From Lytechinus pictus (lineage: Eukaryota): DNA of 64,000 bases. Below, piece by piece: positions 52,374-64,000 of the stretch (positions within the stretch are counted from its first letter, which is position 1; each line of letters begins with the position of its first letter). Made by a program: the position numbers and the translations under genes. The DNA lies in NCBI RefSeq assembly GCF_037042905.1, contig NC_087247.1, positions 7,626,001 to 7,690,000 of the forward strand, in the 5' to 3' direction. The notes below the pieces were generated by a model that saw nothing but the letters and a program-made list of their open reading frames with translations, had not been told where the DNA came from and did no database searches.

Positions 52374-52783
52374 CAAAGTTTTCAGTTACTGACGCATCTT
52401 CAAACTGTATTACAATCATCCATACCAACAAAAAAATTATGAATTAATACTACACCCACCCCCATCATTTTGCGGCAAATATTTTTAATCTATCCATGCT
52501 TGATTAGATTAAAAGTATACTCTGTATATATTTATAAAAAAGCATACTTCAGAAGAGGAGGAGTCTACCGTCCTGACACAAAGTTTTCAGTTACTGACGC
52601 ATCTTCAAACTGTATTACAATCATCCATACCAACAAAAAAATTTTGAATTAATACTACACCCACCCCCATCATTTTGCGGCAAATATTTTTAATCTATCC
52701 ATGCTTGATTAGATTAAAAGTATACTCTGTATATATTTATAAAAAAGCATACTTCAGAAGAGAAGGAGTCTACCATCCTGGCA
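52374..52783. repeat. 205-bp tandem duplication
   Basis: Near-identical units starting at 52374 and 52579. Confidence 0.92.
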
Positions 52784-52933
52784 CCATGGCTACAATGTTG
52801 GAATCATTCCTCCTATATAGTAAGTAGTTTATTGATTTTGACAGTATACAGCAGATGGTCATTTACACTCAACAAATAATCCAAACAGACAGAAAGACAA
52901 AAAAAACAAAATAATAGGATTGTGTGAACTCAC

Positions 52934-53059
52934 CTGGGCGGAGTCCGTGTCCACATGGACTGGCAGAGACAAAAAACATTCCGTTTGGAGAAACTGTATC
53001 AGGTTCAATCCATCCTTAGTGTAGATACTCTTAAGTACTGTTGAGGCTTCACCCAAGGC
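52934..53059 (-). CDS. XPOT: Exportin-T exon (ALGEASTVLKSIYTKDG...DSAQ)
   Basis: ctag/GTGAGT, 126 nt, phase 0-0; matches the XPOT ALSECAVTLKTIHLKRG region. Confidence 0.92.
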
Positions 53060-53268
53060 CTAGAGGAAGAGAAAAGGAAATAATATTTAATAACAACAAC
53101 AAATATATTCATTTGTTTAATATAGCACTTAATAATACATTGGAACAACAATAACATCTCTAATAGGTTTACAGATATATTATTAACCCGGTCATCGGAT
53201 TCTTGCAGGCCTTCACCCAAAGTATGCTCTTTATCCGCTCCCTTGGAAGCATTCCAGCAAGAGCTTCT

Positions 53269-53580
53269 GGCCCGTATTCTGAACTCGGGTTTAATCTGAA
53301 CTCTGGTTTTAAGTTGTGGTTTAACTATGGAAAGCCAGTTGTTACACAAATCTGTAACAGTAGAGGTTCGATGTATCAGCTCATTTGACTCCCAAAACAT
53401 TATTAACCGCGTGGGAAGGATAAGTATGACAGTTGTCTTCACCATTAACAAATTGGTAAAGAGCACAGTAAACATGAGAAGCATTCACTGTAAACAAAAT
53501 TTTGGACCGTTTGGCTTCACATAATTTTAGCACAGAGTTAGACCATGGTCAAAGTTAAACCCGAATTAAGAATACAGGCC
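53269..53580. mobile_element. MITE
   Basis: ggcccgtattctgaactcgggtttaa / ttaaacccgaattaagaatacaggcc. Confidence 0.8.
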
Positions 53581-53689
53581 TCTGAGTTCAAGTGATAAGC
53601 ATACTGCAATGGCTTTTACATCCTACTGGGTACCCATTTACCCCTGGGTGAAGAGCGGCAGAGTGGATAGATAGATGTTAAGCTGCAGG

Positions 53690-54480
53690 GCAATTCCACA
53701 CAACATCTTTGATCCTTCTGTCAAAACAAATAAGGAACTTCAATTTGTTTTGTGGGAGTAATAAAGTACTACTGGTCAGTCATATGAATATAATGATACC
53801 ATTTTTCAATGTTTCTTCTATCTCCAGCATCCATGTTTTCATTTGAAAATTTTTCATTTTTATAAGTGGTGAAAAATCTCTTGAACGAAACCATAGTTTG
53901 AACAAAAATGTGTACAGAGTAATGGATTGTCTGTTGAATACAGCCTACATTCTAACATAAGCTACTGTATAGTTACATTTCCAGAAAATTCCAATCAGAC
54001 ATACGTAATGATATAAATAGTATTCAAAGTCATACTTCAATGGATCATTAATGTACAAGTCATTTTCATATAATTTAATAACCCATTTATTTGTTGGGTA
54101 ATTAGAAAATTATGAAAAACATCATTAGATCAACTAATATAGTCAAGAGATTTGTCATTGGGAAAGAGAAAGCACTGTTTTATTATTACTTAATTTTCAA
54201 TATTCATAAGAGTTATTTTACTATAAATGCCAATGATATTTTTGATAAAGAAAGCAGAAGTATGATTCACAATAACAAGGTCTTGTGATTAGTTTCAATT
54301 ATGCAATTTCCTTTTTTTTTCCATTTATGGAACACTTGAATCGTTCAATAGTAATCTATGCAAGGCTGGATAAGTTTTCATAATCTCAAGGCCTAATATC
54401 CAATATATATGGCCTAAAACTCACAAACAAGTAAGTCTTCTTATAAACTTTAATTTTACAATTCATTGACTCATGTCATT
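53690..54480 (+). pseudogene. Decayed LRR relic (N-terminal-like part)
   Basis: TTSLILLSKQIRNF (~53700), GSLMYKSFSYNLITHL (54042), YFTINANDIF (~54213). Confidence 0.4.
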
Positions 54481-54550
54481 TCATTTTTAAAGGATGGTTG
54501 TATTTATACTGGGACTAATAAAAAATTCTCAACTCGGGTAATGTTTAATA

Positions 54551-54996
54551 AGCCAGTTCGTAGTTCCACTCTGCGCATGATCAGAAGATTCTGCGCATGA
54601 TCAGAGGAAGGTCATTTGTACGAAAGTGACATGGCGGTTTAAAATTTAATGAGATAAGCACCAACTTCGATGTCTTGATTATTCATATATTCTTATGAAT
54701 TGTGTTTTTCATTCACATCCACAAAAAAAAAATGCGTCCACGAATGACTAGTATATTTCACAGTTTGCCAAGTACATTGTACAACATCCTCTAATATGCA
54801 TTCAAAGTAGAAATGCAACAAATACCTTCATAGAGTGTTCATTGATGTGCTATTCTAGTCAACTGGTCTATTCAATTTCATCATCCCGCTATGTAAGGCA
54901 TGCATACATATCTTGCTTTGAAATCTGCCTATCTTAATGAACGAAATGAAAGGTCATTTGACCAAAATTGTCCATGAAGTAACTACGAACTGGTCT
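54551..54996. mobile_element. MITE
   Basis: ccagttcgtagtt / aactacgaactgg termini. Confidence 0.7.
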
Positions 54997-55327
54997 ATTA
55001 AAATATCTTTTTTTTTTCTATAAGGACAATTTTAATTTGTGCAAAAGGTAGTCCATTTCTGTCTACCTCTGAATACCAGAATTAAAAAATAAAAATAATA
55101 ATTGCACCTTTCTTTCTCCTCCCTTTGTTCTTTTTCTTTCATCCTTCTTTTGCTTCTATCCTTCTCTCTTCCTTTCTGTTTTAACCCCTATTACTTATAC
55201 CTTCTTTAAATAATCTTTCTTTATTAAAGACTTGTCTTTCTTTCACTTTCTCTCTGGCTATGTTTCATCTGTTTTTGTAATCCCTCTCTCTCTCTCTCTC
55301 CCTCTTGAAAATAAAAGTCTCATTTAC

Positions 55328-55492
55328 CAAGACGGTTTGTGCATCGGCGAGGTCAAAGGTCTTCTGAAGCGGCGCTAAGAAACAGGCGGGGACGACGTAC
55401 TTGTAGATGAAATCTCTGAAGAGAGGCATCCCTCCGTTCCCACCCCAAGACTCTATCAATCTCTTCAAGATGTTGAAGCAAGTCTTGATCAT
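55328..55492 (-). CDS. XPOT: Exportin-T exon (MIKTCFNILKRLIESWGG...TFDLADAQTVL)
   Basis: ccag/GTAAAT, 165 nt; highly diagnostic VPACFLAPL..TFDLADAQTVL. Confidence 0.96.
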
Positions 55493-55689
55493 CTGGATAA
55501 CATTACAGAATAATCATAAAGACGATGATAATAATTACATAAATTACAATAATAGAACAAAGATGAAAACATCAATGATGAAAATAAACATGTCAGCGAT
55601 GATCATAGGCTATAATTTATAATCAATATTTTTTTTTACTTTACTAGGGAGGGGAATGGGGCTCAAAATTGAGATTAAAAAATGTATCT

Positions 55690-57060
55690 TTTATCTAAAA
55701 TGAGCAATTTGGTACAAGATTCCTGAATATTTGTGACCATTAGCCTCAAAACCGATAATATATTACCTGGTAATGATACCTGTACTTACACATATTTGGT
55801 AATCACAAATCTAAATCTTGAAAACTACCTTTCTCAAAGAGGAATTTTCCTTCCCCATAGTACAAAAATACTGGAGTATCACTCTCCACATTTTATCAGA
55901 AAAATCTACAATTATAAATTTTCATTTGGTAATCACAGATAATCTAAATCTTGAAAATTATCTGAAAGAGTCGTTCTACTCAATACTACAAACTACTCGA
56001 GTATCCCCTCTCCCACATCTTATCAGAAAAAATCTACAATTACAAATTGTATTGCCCCATACAAAATCTTTACATCCTAACATACATCACACAGTCAATT
56101 TAAAGGGTCATAGGCTGGGCAACCTACCATTATTAAAGTGATAGATCAAATGATTTTACACAAGGACATTTATAAAATCCAATTTTTTTTTGTCAAGCCA
56201 GAAGGCCCTGAAAACGATTGATTTCATGGCTTGGAATTACATATAATCCCATATGGCTTCAACATTTGAAATTCCATGATGAGATCATGTTATTGCTCAA
56301 GTTCGATAGAAAAATAGCAGAAGCAAGAGACATTTTTGCAACTTCCAACTTGGGAGAAACCACAGAGGTTACAAGAGAATCTTTTAAAACTGCTTAGTGA
56401 TTACAAACAGTGAGTTAGGTTTTTTGTTTAATACGCAATAAATCCCCTCCCTCAAAACAAAGGATATAAGTCATATCCTACATAAAACATAGAGAGATGA
56501 CCATCACCGTTTTCAGTGTAAATACTAGTTTCGCATCAAAGCTATACTAAGATTAACTAGGTATTACTGAAAGGTCATGGGCTAGAGAGTGAACTCTATC
56601 AAAGCATTGCTTTTATCAGCACCAGGCGTGGACTGGTCGAAATAGACAATCTAATCACAACCCAAAATTGGAAGAATTACTGAAAGTGAAACGAGTTCAT
56701 ACTGATAGCGATTCTAAACTTAATTTCCTTCCCTGTGTTGATATCACATAAAATACATAACATATTATGCAATTTCATCAGGAAAAACAAATAAACAAGT
56801 TACAGACTTGGAGGGGAAAAATCCAGACAGTCTGGATAAGATGGAATCCAAAGGTTTCGGAAGTCTATTCCTAGTGCTTTCGTTATTAATTTCCAAGAAA
56901 ATATCCAAAGTGCTGGGAATTGTGTAAACAAAATATAAGTTAGAAAGTTGTTGCGGTTGTTTGGGTTTTACGGCACTCTTATTCAAAGAAAAATATGCGA
57001 AGAAACAGACGATATAACATAAGAGGTAGATGAAGAAGTATGGGGACAGATTATATAGGT
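55690..57060 (+). pseudogene. Toll-like receptor pseudogene fragment (LRR, LRR-CT, TIR)
   Basis: ITNLNLENY, HTVNLKGHRLGNLP, LISWLGITYNP (56212), then TIR box1-like YQSIAFIS/VDW/PKLEE (56597-56676) and box3-like DEEVWGQII (57029), in canonical order. Confidence 0.55.
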
Positions 57061-57536
57061 TTTAATGCAATGTTGTAAGGTTTCCTCATGGGGAATTTGA
57101 TACCATTTGGATGCTTACCCATCCAGGTTAATAACAAACAAACATTACATCATGCCTTTGGCCAGACAAAAAAAAAATGCATTTCACTAGGACAGCCTGT
57201 GGCTGGCTCCAATTATGTAATTAGATACCGGTAACCATTATTTCTGATTCATTTTCATAATTCTAGGGTCAGCATGTAATAATCTTCTCTACATAAAAGC
57301 TGACATCAATATCTTATCAAAAGATCGGAGAATGAGAAGTATTTAATCAACAGTTGCTGTCTGACACCTTGTCAGATCTGACAACTTTTCATGGTTTTGA
57401 TTGGCCGAGAAGCCTGGTCACTATGGCAACTGTCAGATAAAAGATCGATCGACAAATTCTTTCATGAATCGCTCCCTGGAGAAAAATGTTTAGAAGTGTC
57501 CGTCAATAAGTCATGAACGAAAATTAAAATACTCAC

Positions 57537-57604
57537 CGAGGGGTCAGGTTCCTCGATCGTAGCACGTACCACACTCAGTAATACCTCTTCAAAACATGGT
57601 TGTT
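57537..57604 (-). CDS. XPOT: Exportin-T exon ((E)QPCFEEVLLSVVRATIEEPDPS)
   Basis: tttcag/GTGAGT, 68 nt, phase 1-0; matches XPOT VERVLVTVIQGAVEYPDP. Confidence 0.92.
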
Positions 57605-57999
57605 CTGAAATGAAACAAAACAAAAATAATTTCAAATAATTTGATATTTCTAACACTGTTGTTGCATGTACTGCTATCACAATTTATCACAATGATTATC
57701 AACATTTATCATAGCCATCATTGTGTTGCATATCATCATTGCTTATTCATACCATCAATGTTGCTTCTATTTATTTTTTATTTTTTATCATTACTTTGTA
57801 TCATTACCGGTTTTATTTTTATCATCATCATAATCATTATTCTCCTTATCATCATATCACTGTCACCATCATCAACATCACCATTAAGACCATTAATATC
57901 ATCATTGTCAAAGAGTTCATTACAACATGTGCACATTTAATATTCAAATTCTTTGTGTAATATCACTGAAATTTTCACTCATTCATACAAAGTTCTACT

Positions 58000-60500
58000 T
58001 TTGAGGAGGAAATATGGATATATGTTCTGTTGTGGTAACTTGTAACTGCAAGCAGCGTGAACATTTTCGATCAAAGATGCTATTATGCTGTAACCAAAAT
58101 AGTCATGAATTCTATTTACAACATTACAAAAAACACCCTCATTTATTCACAAGAGCACAAACCACACTCTAAATGCAATTCAGTACCAGGCCATACGGCC
58201 CATCATATTCTACCCCATGTTTTATTGCCATCAAGAAATTTTTTGAGAATATACATATACATCGCCAATATTACTGTTTAGTACTGAGCCTTGTAACAAA
58301 ACATATACAACAATTTGTATTATGCATATCTATAACTGCATGCCTACAGCAATATATTGTTAATATCTTGATGTTATATCCCATGCAGTAATCGTAAAAA
58401 TTGAATTATAAATATCTAGACCTTATGCAAAAATTTGTTATCAAGGATATAAAAGAAAGTTTGAAATATACAATTGAAGGTATAAACAAATAGCACACAA
58501 ACAAAAACTATGCCTTGTTCAATGCATAATATAACCAAATCTACATTTATGTTTGTTTTTCTCTCGGTTTCCTTCAATTCCTAACGTGACAATACAGTTT
58601 ACAACAATATCATTTTGTGGTAGAATTGGTTGGGGAAATTTGTGGGTGTCCGTGTAATTCGTACTGTATTTCATTCAAATATAGAGCGTACTATATAAAC
58701 TGACCTTTATTATCAACAAGGTCATTTTGACAATGGCAGAGACAATAATAAACCAATACTGCTGACCTTAATTATAACAATAGCTATTCAAGGAACTCTA
58801 AGCCTTTTCATAATCAGCTCAACAATACAGCAAAATGACCTTTCCTTCTATCAGTTTGATAAAAACTCAATTTCTTTAAAAGCTGTGATATAATGAGTAA
58901 GGCAATTTTTATTTTTATTTTTTACTGGTCTCCTTCAAGCAATAAGCAGTAAAAATTGTGCTCTAATTACATTATTTGATATCAATTGTAAATTTACACC
59001 AGAAATCTGCAATTGATTGCAACATGCCATCAATCTTGATATAGTGAGGAAGTATTTTACAAATTGAATAATGCTTCTAAATTTGATTTAAAAAAGGCTC
59101 TACTTATAAGATTCAATTACTTTAAAGTCCATATTGCATCATTAAAGTTATCAACAACAAAGCAAGCAACATTTCCCTCTTTTCAAAGTTTTCCTGGTTC
59201 ATGTTAAATGGTTAATTTTCTATTTCCCCTGAGACAAATATAAATTCTATTTTTGCACTGCATTCATTTTCATTTCATATTCAATGCAAAACCATTATCA
59301 CACAATTAACATTTCCTGGTGTGCATTCTTGTGTTTATTTTTTTGTAATTAACATATTTTTTTCTTCAGAATTCATATATTTTCTATATTCTATTTTATA
59401 GATACATGTATATCACCACACAGGGACACAGGCAATAATACTTCCTGGTAGAGATTCTATTTTTGTTTTTGTCTGGGAAAAAATACACATCAATCATAAT
59501 CACAAGCACCATTTGATTATTATTTATTTCTAAGGGTACTATCTATTCAAAGAAAATTTATTTAAAGAATATCAACTACAACACTGTTATAATGGGCGTG
59601 AATGTGAAACAAGGGTACCATTCTACGAGTATCAATACTTTGTCTTTAATACCATATAGTTGATTATCTGAGTCTCCACAGGTTTTATTTATAGACTAGA
59701 GTTAAAACAACCTTCTTCTGAATAGAAAGTGCTCTCTACAAAAATTAGGAGACAGTTTCCTGACAATATGCCATCATAGCCGTAATCATAAACTACAGCT
59801 TTTTGAGGGGACTGTCCTAAAAATCTTTAGATTTAGAGATACCCGGTACAAGGTTTTAACAGCCCAACAACGATATAAGAATTAGGAGGAATGTGAGAAT
59901 GGAGAAACTATTGCCAGTTTTCTGAACAATACTTGGAAAAGTTTGAAAATATTTCTTTTTCCAGCACTGAAAATTATTCAATTGCTACTCCTCCCCCCCT
60001 GTAAACTAAATTACTGCATTACTAACAACGAACCTTGCTTATAACAACCAATCTCATTGCGATATAATTCACTTGAACTCTTGATTACAACTAAAACTAA
60101 AGGTTGGATTTAAGAACAAGTTATATCTAAGCCAGAAGTAACCAAACCTACCCCCCCCCCCCATGAAAAAAAAATCATACTTTGCCCTCCTCAAAAGAAG
60201 TAATGTACAGTGAACTTTAATTAAGGATCTTAAATATATAAATCCTCTTTTTCTTTTTCTAACAAAACATATTGTATTGTAAATGATAAAATCTCCCTTA
60301 CAATATACCTTTCAGTTTCAATGAGTATATATACAATGAGATAATTAATCATTACAAATTATAATCTATTATAGAAACTACAACTACACATGATTAATAT
60401 CTTTTAATAAAACATGCACAAAGGATTTTATAGAGCCAGAGGGATTACAGCAGATCAGTTTGAATGCATTGATGTGCTACTCAATTTGACCTCTGGCAAA
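58000..60500 (+). pseudogene. Decayed LRR/TLR ectodomain relic
   Basis: NYKYLDLMQ (58404), NTADLNYNN (58755), KRLYL (59092), YSFLRGLS*KSLDLE (59794). Confidence 0.45.
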
Positions 60501-60711
60501 AAAAAATAATAATAATAATGATAATAAGTTATGTTCAAAATGTTAGCAAATTGTTATAAAAGAACCAATGCCACTATATACAGAAATATAAATCAGTAGG
60601 CCTATGTACAATTAAAAAAAAAGAGAATTCTTTTGGACACTGATGTGTGTCAATAAAAGAGTTATGAAAAAAAAATGTAACTATAGAAGTCATGGTCTGC
60701 TAAAGACTTAC

Positions 60712-60901
60712 CTTGGTGACTGATGACCTCCAGACAATCATTCATAGCGATACACTGAAGGAACTGGAAGTAGCATCTCCTCAACGTCTGTTTGTCTATG
60801 GTGGCTTGGGTATCTGCTTCTTCAGCCGGTTGCTTCAGGACGCTGTCAATGGTCCTTACGATGGGCATGAACACTGCTTGCAGGAAACGGATAATAGTTT
60901 T
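60712..60901 (-). CDS. XPOT: Exportin-T exon (KTIIRFLQAVFMP...LEVISHQ); upstream exons lie beyond the window
   Basis: cacag/GTAAGT, 190 nt, phase 0-1; matches XPOT FMPLL..PAEEND..KQMLRRSYFAFLQ. Confidence 0.95.
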
Positions 60902-61529
60902 CTGTGCATAAAACAGAAAAAGGAGAACATTTTCAAATTCAATTCTATGAAGCTTGTCAGCAATCAGAACTGGCAAGTTGTCATTCTCTGACAGTTACCA
61001 TAGTAACAGTCATAGACAGCATTTTACAGCAAATCAAATCCCCAATCATTTTTTAAAATGATTTTTTTAGAGGAATCCAACCATTAGACATATATCAAGT
61101 TAGAAAACTCATAAAACAGAAATTTGTTTTAAAAATTCACATAATAACAAAGCTATGGAAATCTATAAAAAAAAAGGAGAAAACTATTCAAGATTACATG
61201 TATTCAAATCTCAAATTGGCAATATGGGGGTAAAATGTAACATGAAGTGGAAACCACTAACGACCTTGACATGGACTTCATTTTTGCAGACAAGCACCTT
61301 AATACCTGATGGGATTTTAATAACAATATAACACAGATATCATATTGTCATGACTAAAGGTATATTTGCCTACTACATGTAGCATTTTTTAATTACTTCC
61401 TCACAATAACCTTGATGTTTTGTTGCATTAATAAAGTATTATACTACAAAATAAATCCAGACTCTAAACCAAGGCTTGATGATTTGTTTGTCCACAAGTT
61501 AAAATCCATCATGATAATTATGTTGATCA

Positions 61530-63560
61530 ACTCATGAGGATCTTCAAATATTGTAACCATACAGTAACATGTATAAACAATGTGAATTTGGCATTGTGCC
61601 TAAATCACATAGGAAAGCCATTGTTTATACCTGGCATTTTATCTCATTTTATTTCATTGTTTTTGCGATACAATATAACAATAGTTTCTTACGCACATGA
61701 TAACAATGTGACAAGATATCAGTTTGAAATAGAGTCAAGGATGTTTCTAACCAACCAATATTTACATCATGTTTACATCATTGTTTTCATATAATTATCT
61801 ACATATTGTTTTCGAACTAAGATTACATCATTGATTAATGACTTGAGAAATCATATGACCACATTGGAACATGAACCTTACTCCCATTTGTCATTTTGTT
61901 GTGATCCATGCTTGGCTTAAAAAAATTTAACTCTCATAAAGTTTATAAAGAGGAAGCATAAACAGTTCAGCACTTTGCTTTCTTAATCTAAAATGACAAT
62001 GTTCTTTACTGTTTTTGTTATTCTTTTAAAATCTGCTTGTCTCATTGTAGTTTGCAGTCATTCAACAGATATTACTGCAGCACTTGAGCCGTTTTACATG
62101 TCATTTCCGGGGAGTCTTTCAAAAAGCTACTTGTCTGTGACTTTCACTGACTAACTTGGTCTGAGCCAATCAGATGCCAGGATTTCAGTAGCTTTTAACG
62201 TGTCAGTTTAAATCAGTGATTATTTGTCTCATGAAATGCTTCCATGTTATAGTGGCGAAAAAGTGCACATCTTCATCATAACCAATTTATCTTAGAAATG
62301 ATAGAACTCTATGCTATATGTTTGTTATACAATTTGATTGGATGAACCAGTTTATTTGGTAAACGTAATCATCTTTCTTTTTCTGAATTGAGGTTGCTCG
62401 TGACAACCTGAATTAGATATCCATTATTTTTCTGTGGAGCGTTTAATGAAAAGGATATGTTGAATGTGAAAGTCAGTTTCATCTGACAGTTACCGTAGTA
62501 ACACTAAGTGCTTCTCCGCCAATCAAACAATAAATGATGATGAAATGCCGCTCCCCTGGTCTATTACATAGATGTTAGTATTTCATTCATTACAAACAGA
62601 TTAGTGGAACACCTAGTGACAAGGTTCCAATGAAAGCCAGCTCCATACATCTGAGTATGTTCCAGGAAAGAACATCAACATGTATGCATGAAAGGGTCGG
62701 CAGAATTGCCTACAAAATCAAACGATGGACAGATGAATGGAATTATTTCTGTTGAATTTCATACCTGTAAAGGGGCACCTGCCTACAAAATGTAAGTCTT
62801 TTTGGTTGTCTCTTACCATATATTGATTTTTTTTTGTTTACATCAATTTATAAACTATATTTGTTTGTTGTTGTATGTATGTTTTGCTACATTTATGCAT
62901 TTTATGTATGTCATTTTACATTGTATTTGAATATTTTTATTTGGTTAATAAATGAAATTGAATTGAGATGCAGTACTACACACAAGCAAACTTTAGGGCC
63001 CGTCTTACAGCCAGCAAAGTCAACATGTTCAATGCATGTTTGCTCAATTTTTTTTTCTAAATATGAATGTATATCCGTAAATTCATTGATTTCTTGACAG
63101 TTTGGTATGTTCTCCTTTGTTTATAAAGGACATTTTGCACATTTCCTGTTAAAAAAATTATGACACTGATGGATTTCCATAGAGTTACGATTGATTGGAT
63201 CAATCGTAACTCTTTGTAAGACAGGGCCCTGATAGAAGATACATGACATGGTATATGCATCAATTGGAATCACTCGACCTCTTCTGTTTTGGAACGTGAA
63301 ACTACCATCATCTAAGATAGTACTTATCATCATACTTTGTCTAGATCTGATGAAACATGAAATGGTTGTTTGAAATCCCCATGACCTGTCATGCTTTTCA
63401 AAGATAAAAGTGAGATTGATGGGAAACTTAACCAATTGGCTGTGGGAACCGGAAGGTACCCGTATCGATCAGATGTGAAATAGTTATCGGTATTGTAGTC
63501 AGTGAAGAAATGTACCAACTTGACATACCAGAATATTGTGCAATATCATGTACACAGCAC
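61530..63560 (+). pseudogene. Decayed LRR/TLR ectodomain relic
   Basis: CNHTVTCINN (LRR-NT-like) and LSHFISLFLRYNITIV (ORF 61534), DLRNHMTTL (~61840), QLESLDL (63261). Confidence 0.45.
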
Positions 63561-64000
63561 ATGATACTACAATAATAAAGGAGTACTTTGACCCCATCTA
63601 TCAAAATAATAATTGAAGGCCAAGTGATAATAAAATCACATGGAAAGTATGTGTACTCCCCCCCCCCCCCACCTCCCTGAACTATCTGAAAACTCTTTGG
63701 GCAAACTAATTTAATAAAACACTATACAGATAGGCAAGAGTGGGATAGGGTGTCTTTGAAAAAATACAAGGAATTCACAAAAGTACATTGGGCAAAAAGC
63801 TCATCATCAGTGTCACCGATGTTGTTGACATCGTAATCGTCATCACCATCACGCTCAGGGGATGCGTACTGCCACATATCAATCGCCAAGATTAAGTGCT
63901 ATAGGCTCATTCGCAACCATTTAAAGTCATATTCAACTCTTTATGAAACAACCCCAAGATGCCTATTGAAGTATACAAGGAAATGCACCCTCTGGCCCGT

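Overview
AT-rich, repeat-dense animal genomic DNA. The repeat families and intron sizes suggest a sea urchin (echinoid); this is inference. The only intact protein-coding gene is the 3' half of exportin-T (XPOT) on the minus strand. Six GT-AG exons (60712-60901, 57537-57604, 55328-55492, 52934-53059, 38158-38214, 33493-33534) splice in phase into the XPOT C-terminus. Almost every other ORF in the track is spurious or transposon-derived. Main unexplained signals: (1) heavily decayed leucine-rich-repeat/Toll-like-receptor (LRR, LRR-CT, TIR) relics, all on the + strand, occupying every XPOT intron in the window and the region just past its stop codon (about 29-63.6 kb); (2) a ~410-bp repeat unit with a complete tRNA-like cloverleaf, a UCA (opal) anticodon and a Pol III terminator, arranged in Penelope-like tandem and inverted fashion at two microsatellite sites; (3) a minimal hammerhead ribozyme in a Penelope-like fragment; (4) a spliced minus-strand locus with no long ORF (7.5-18.1 kb) that carries a 4x ~108-bp repeat and possible death-domain remnants, next to a 42-bp inverted motif pair flanking a CTCF-like site. 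LINE fragments (Rex/Babar, CR1, L2) and non-autonomous DNA transposons (Kolobok, piggyBac, hAT, Mutator-like, P-like) fill much of the rest. All calls were made by eye, without database searches.
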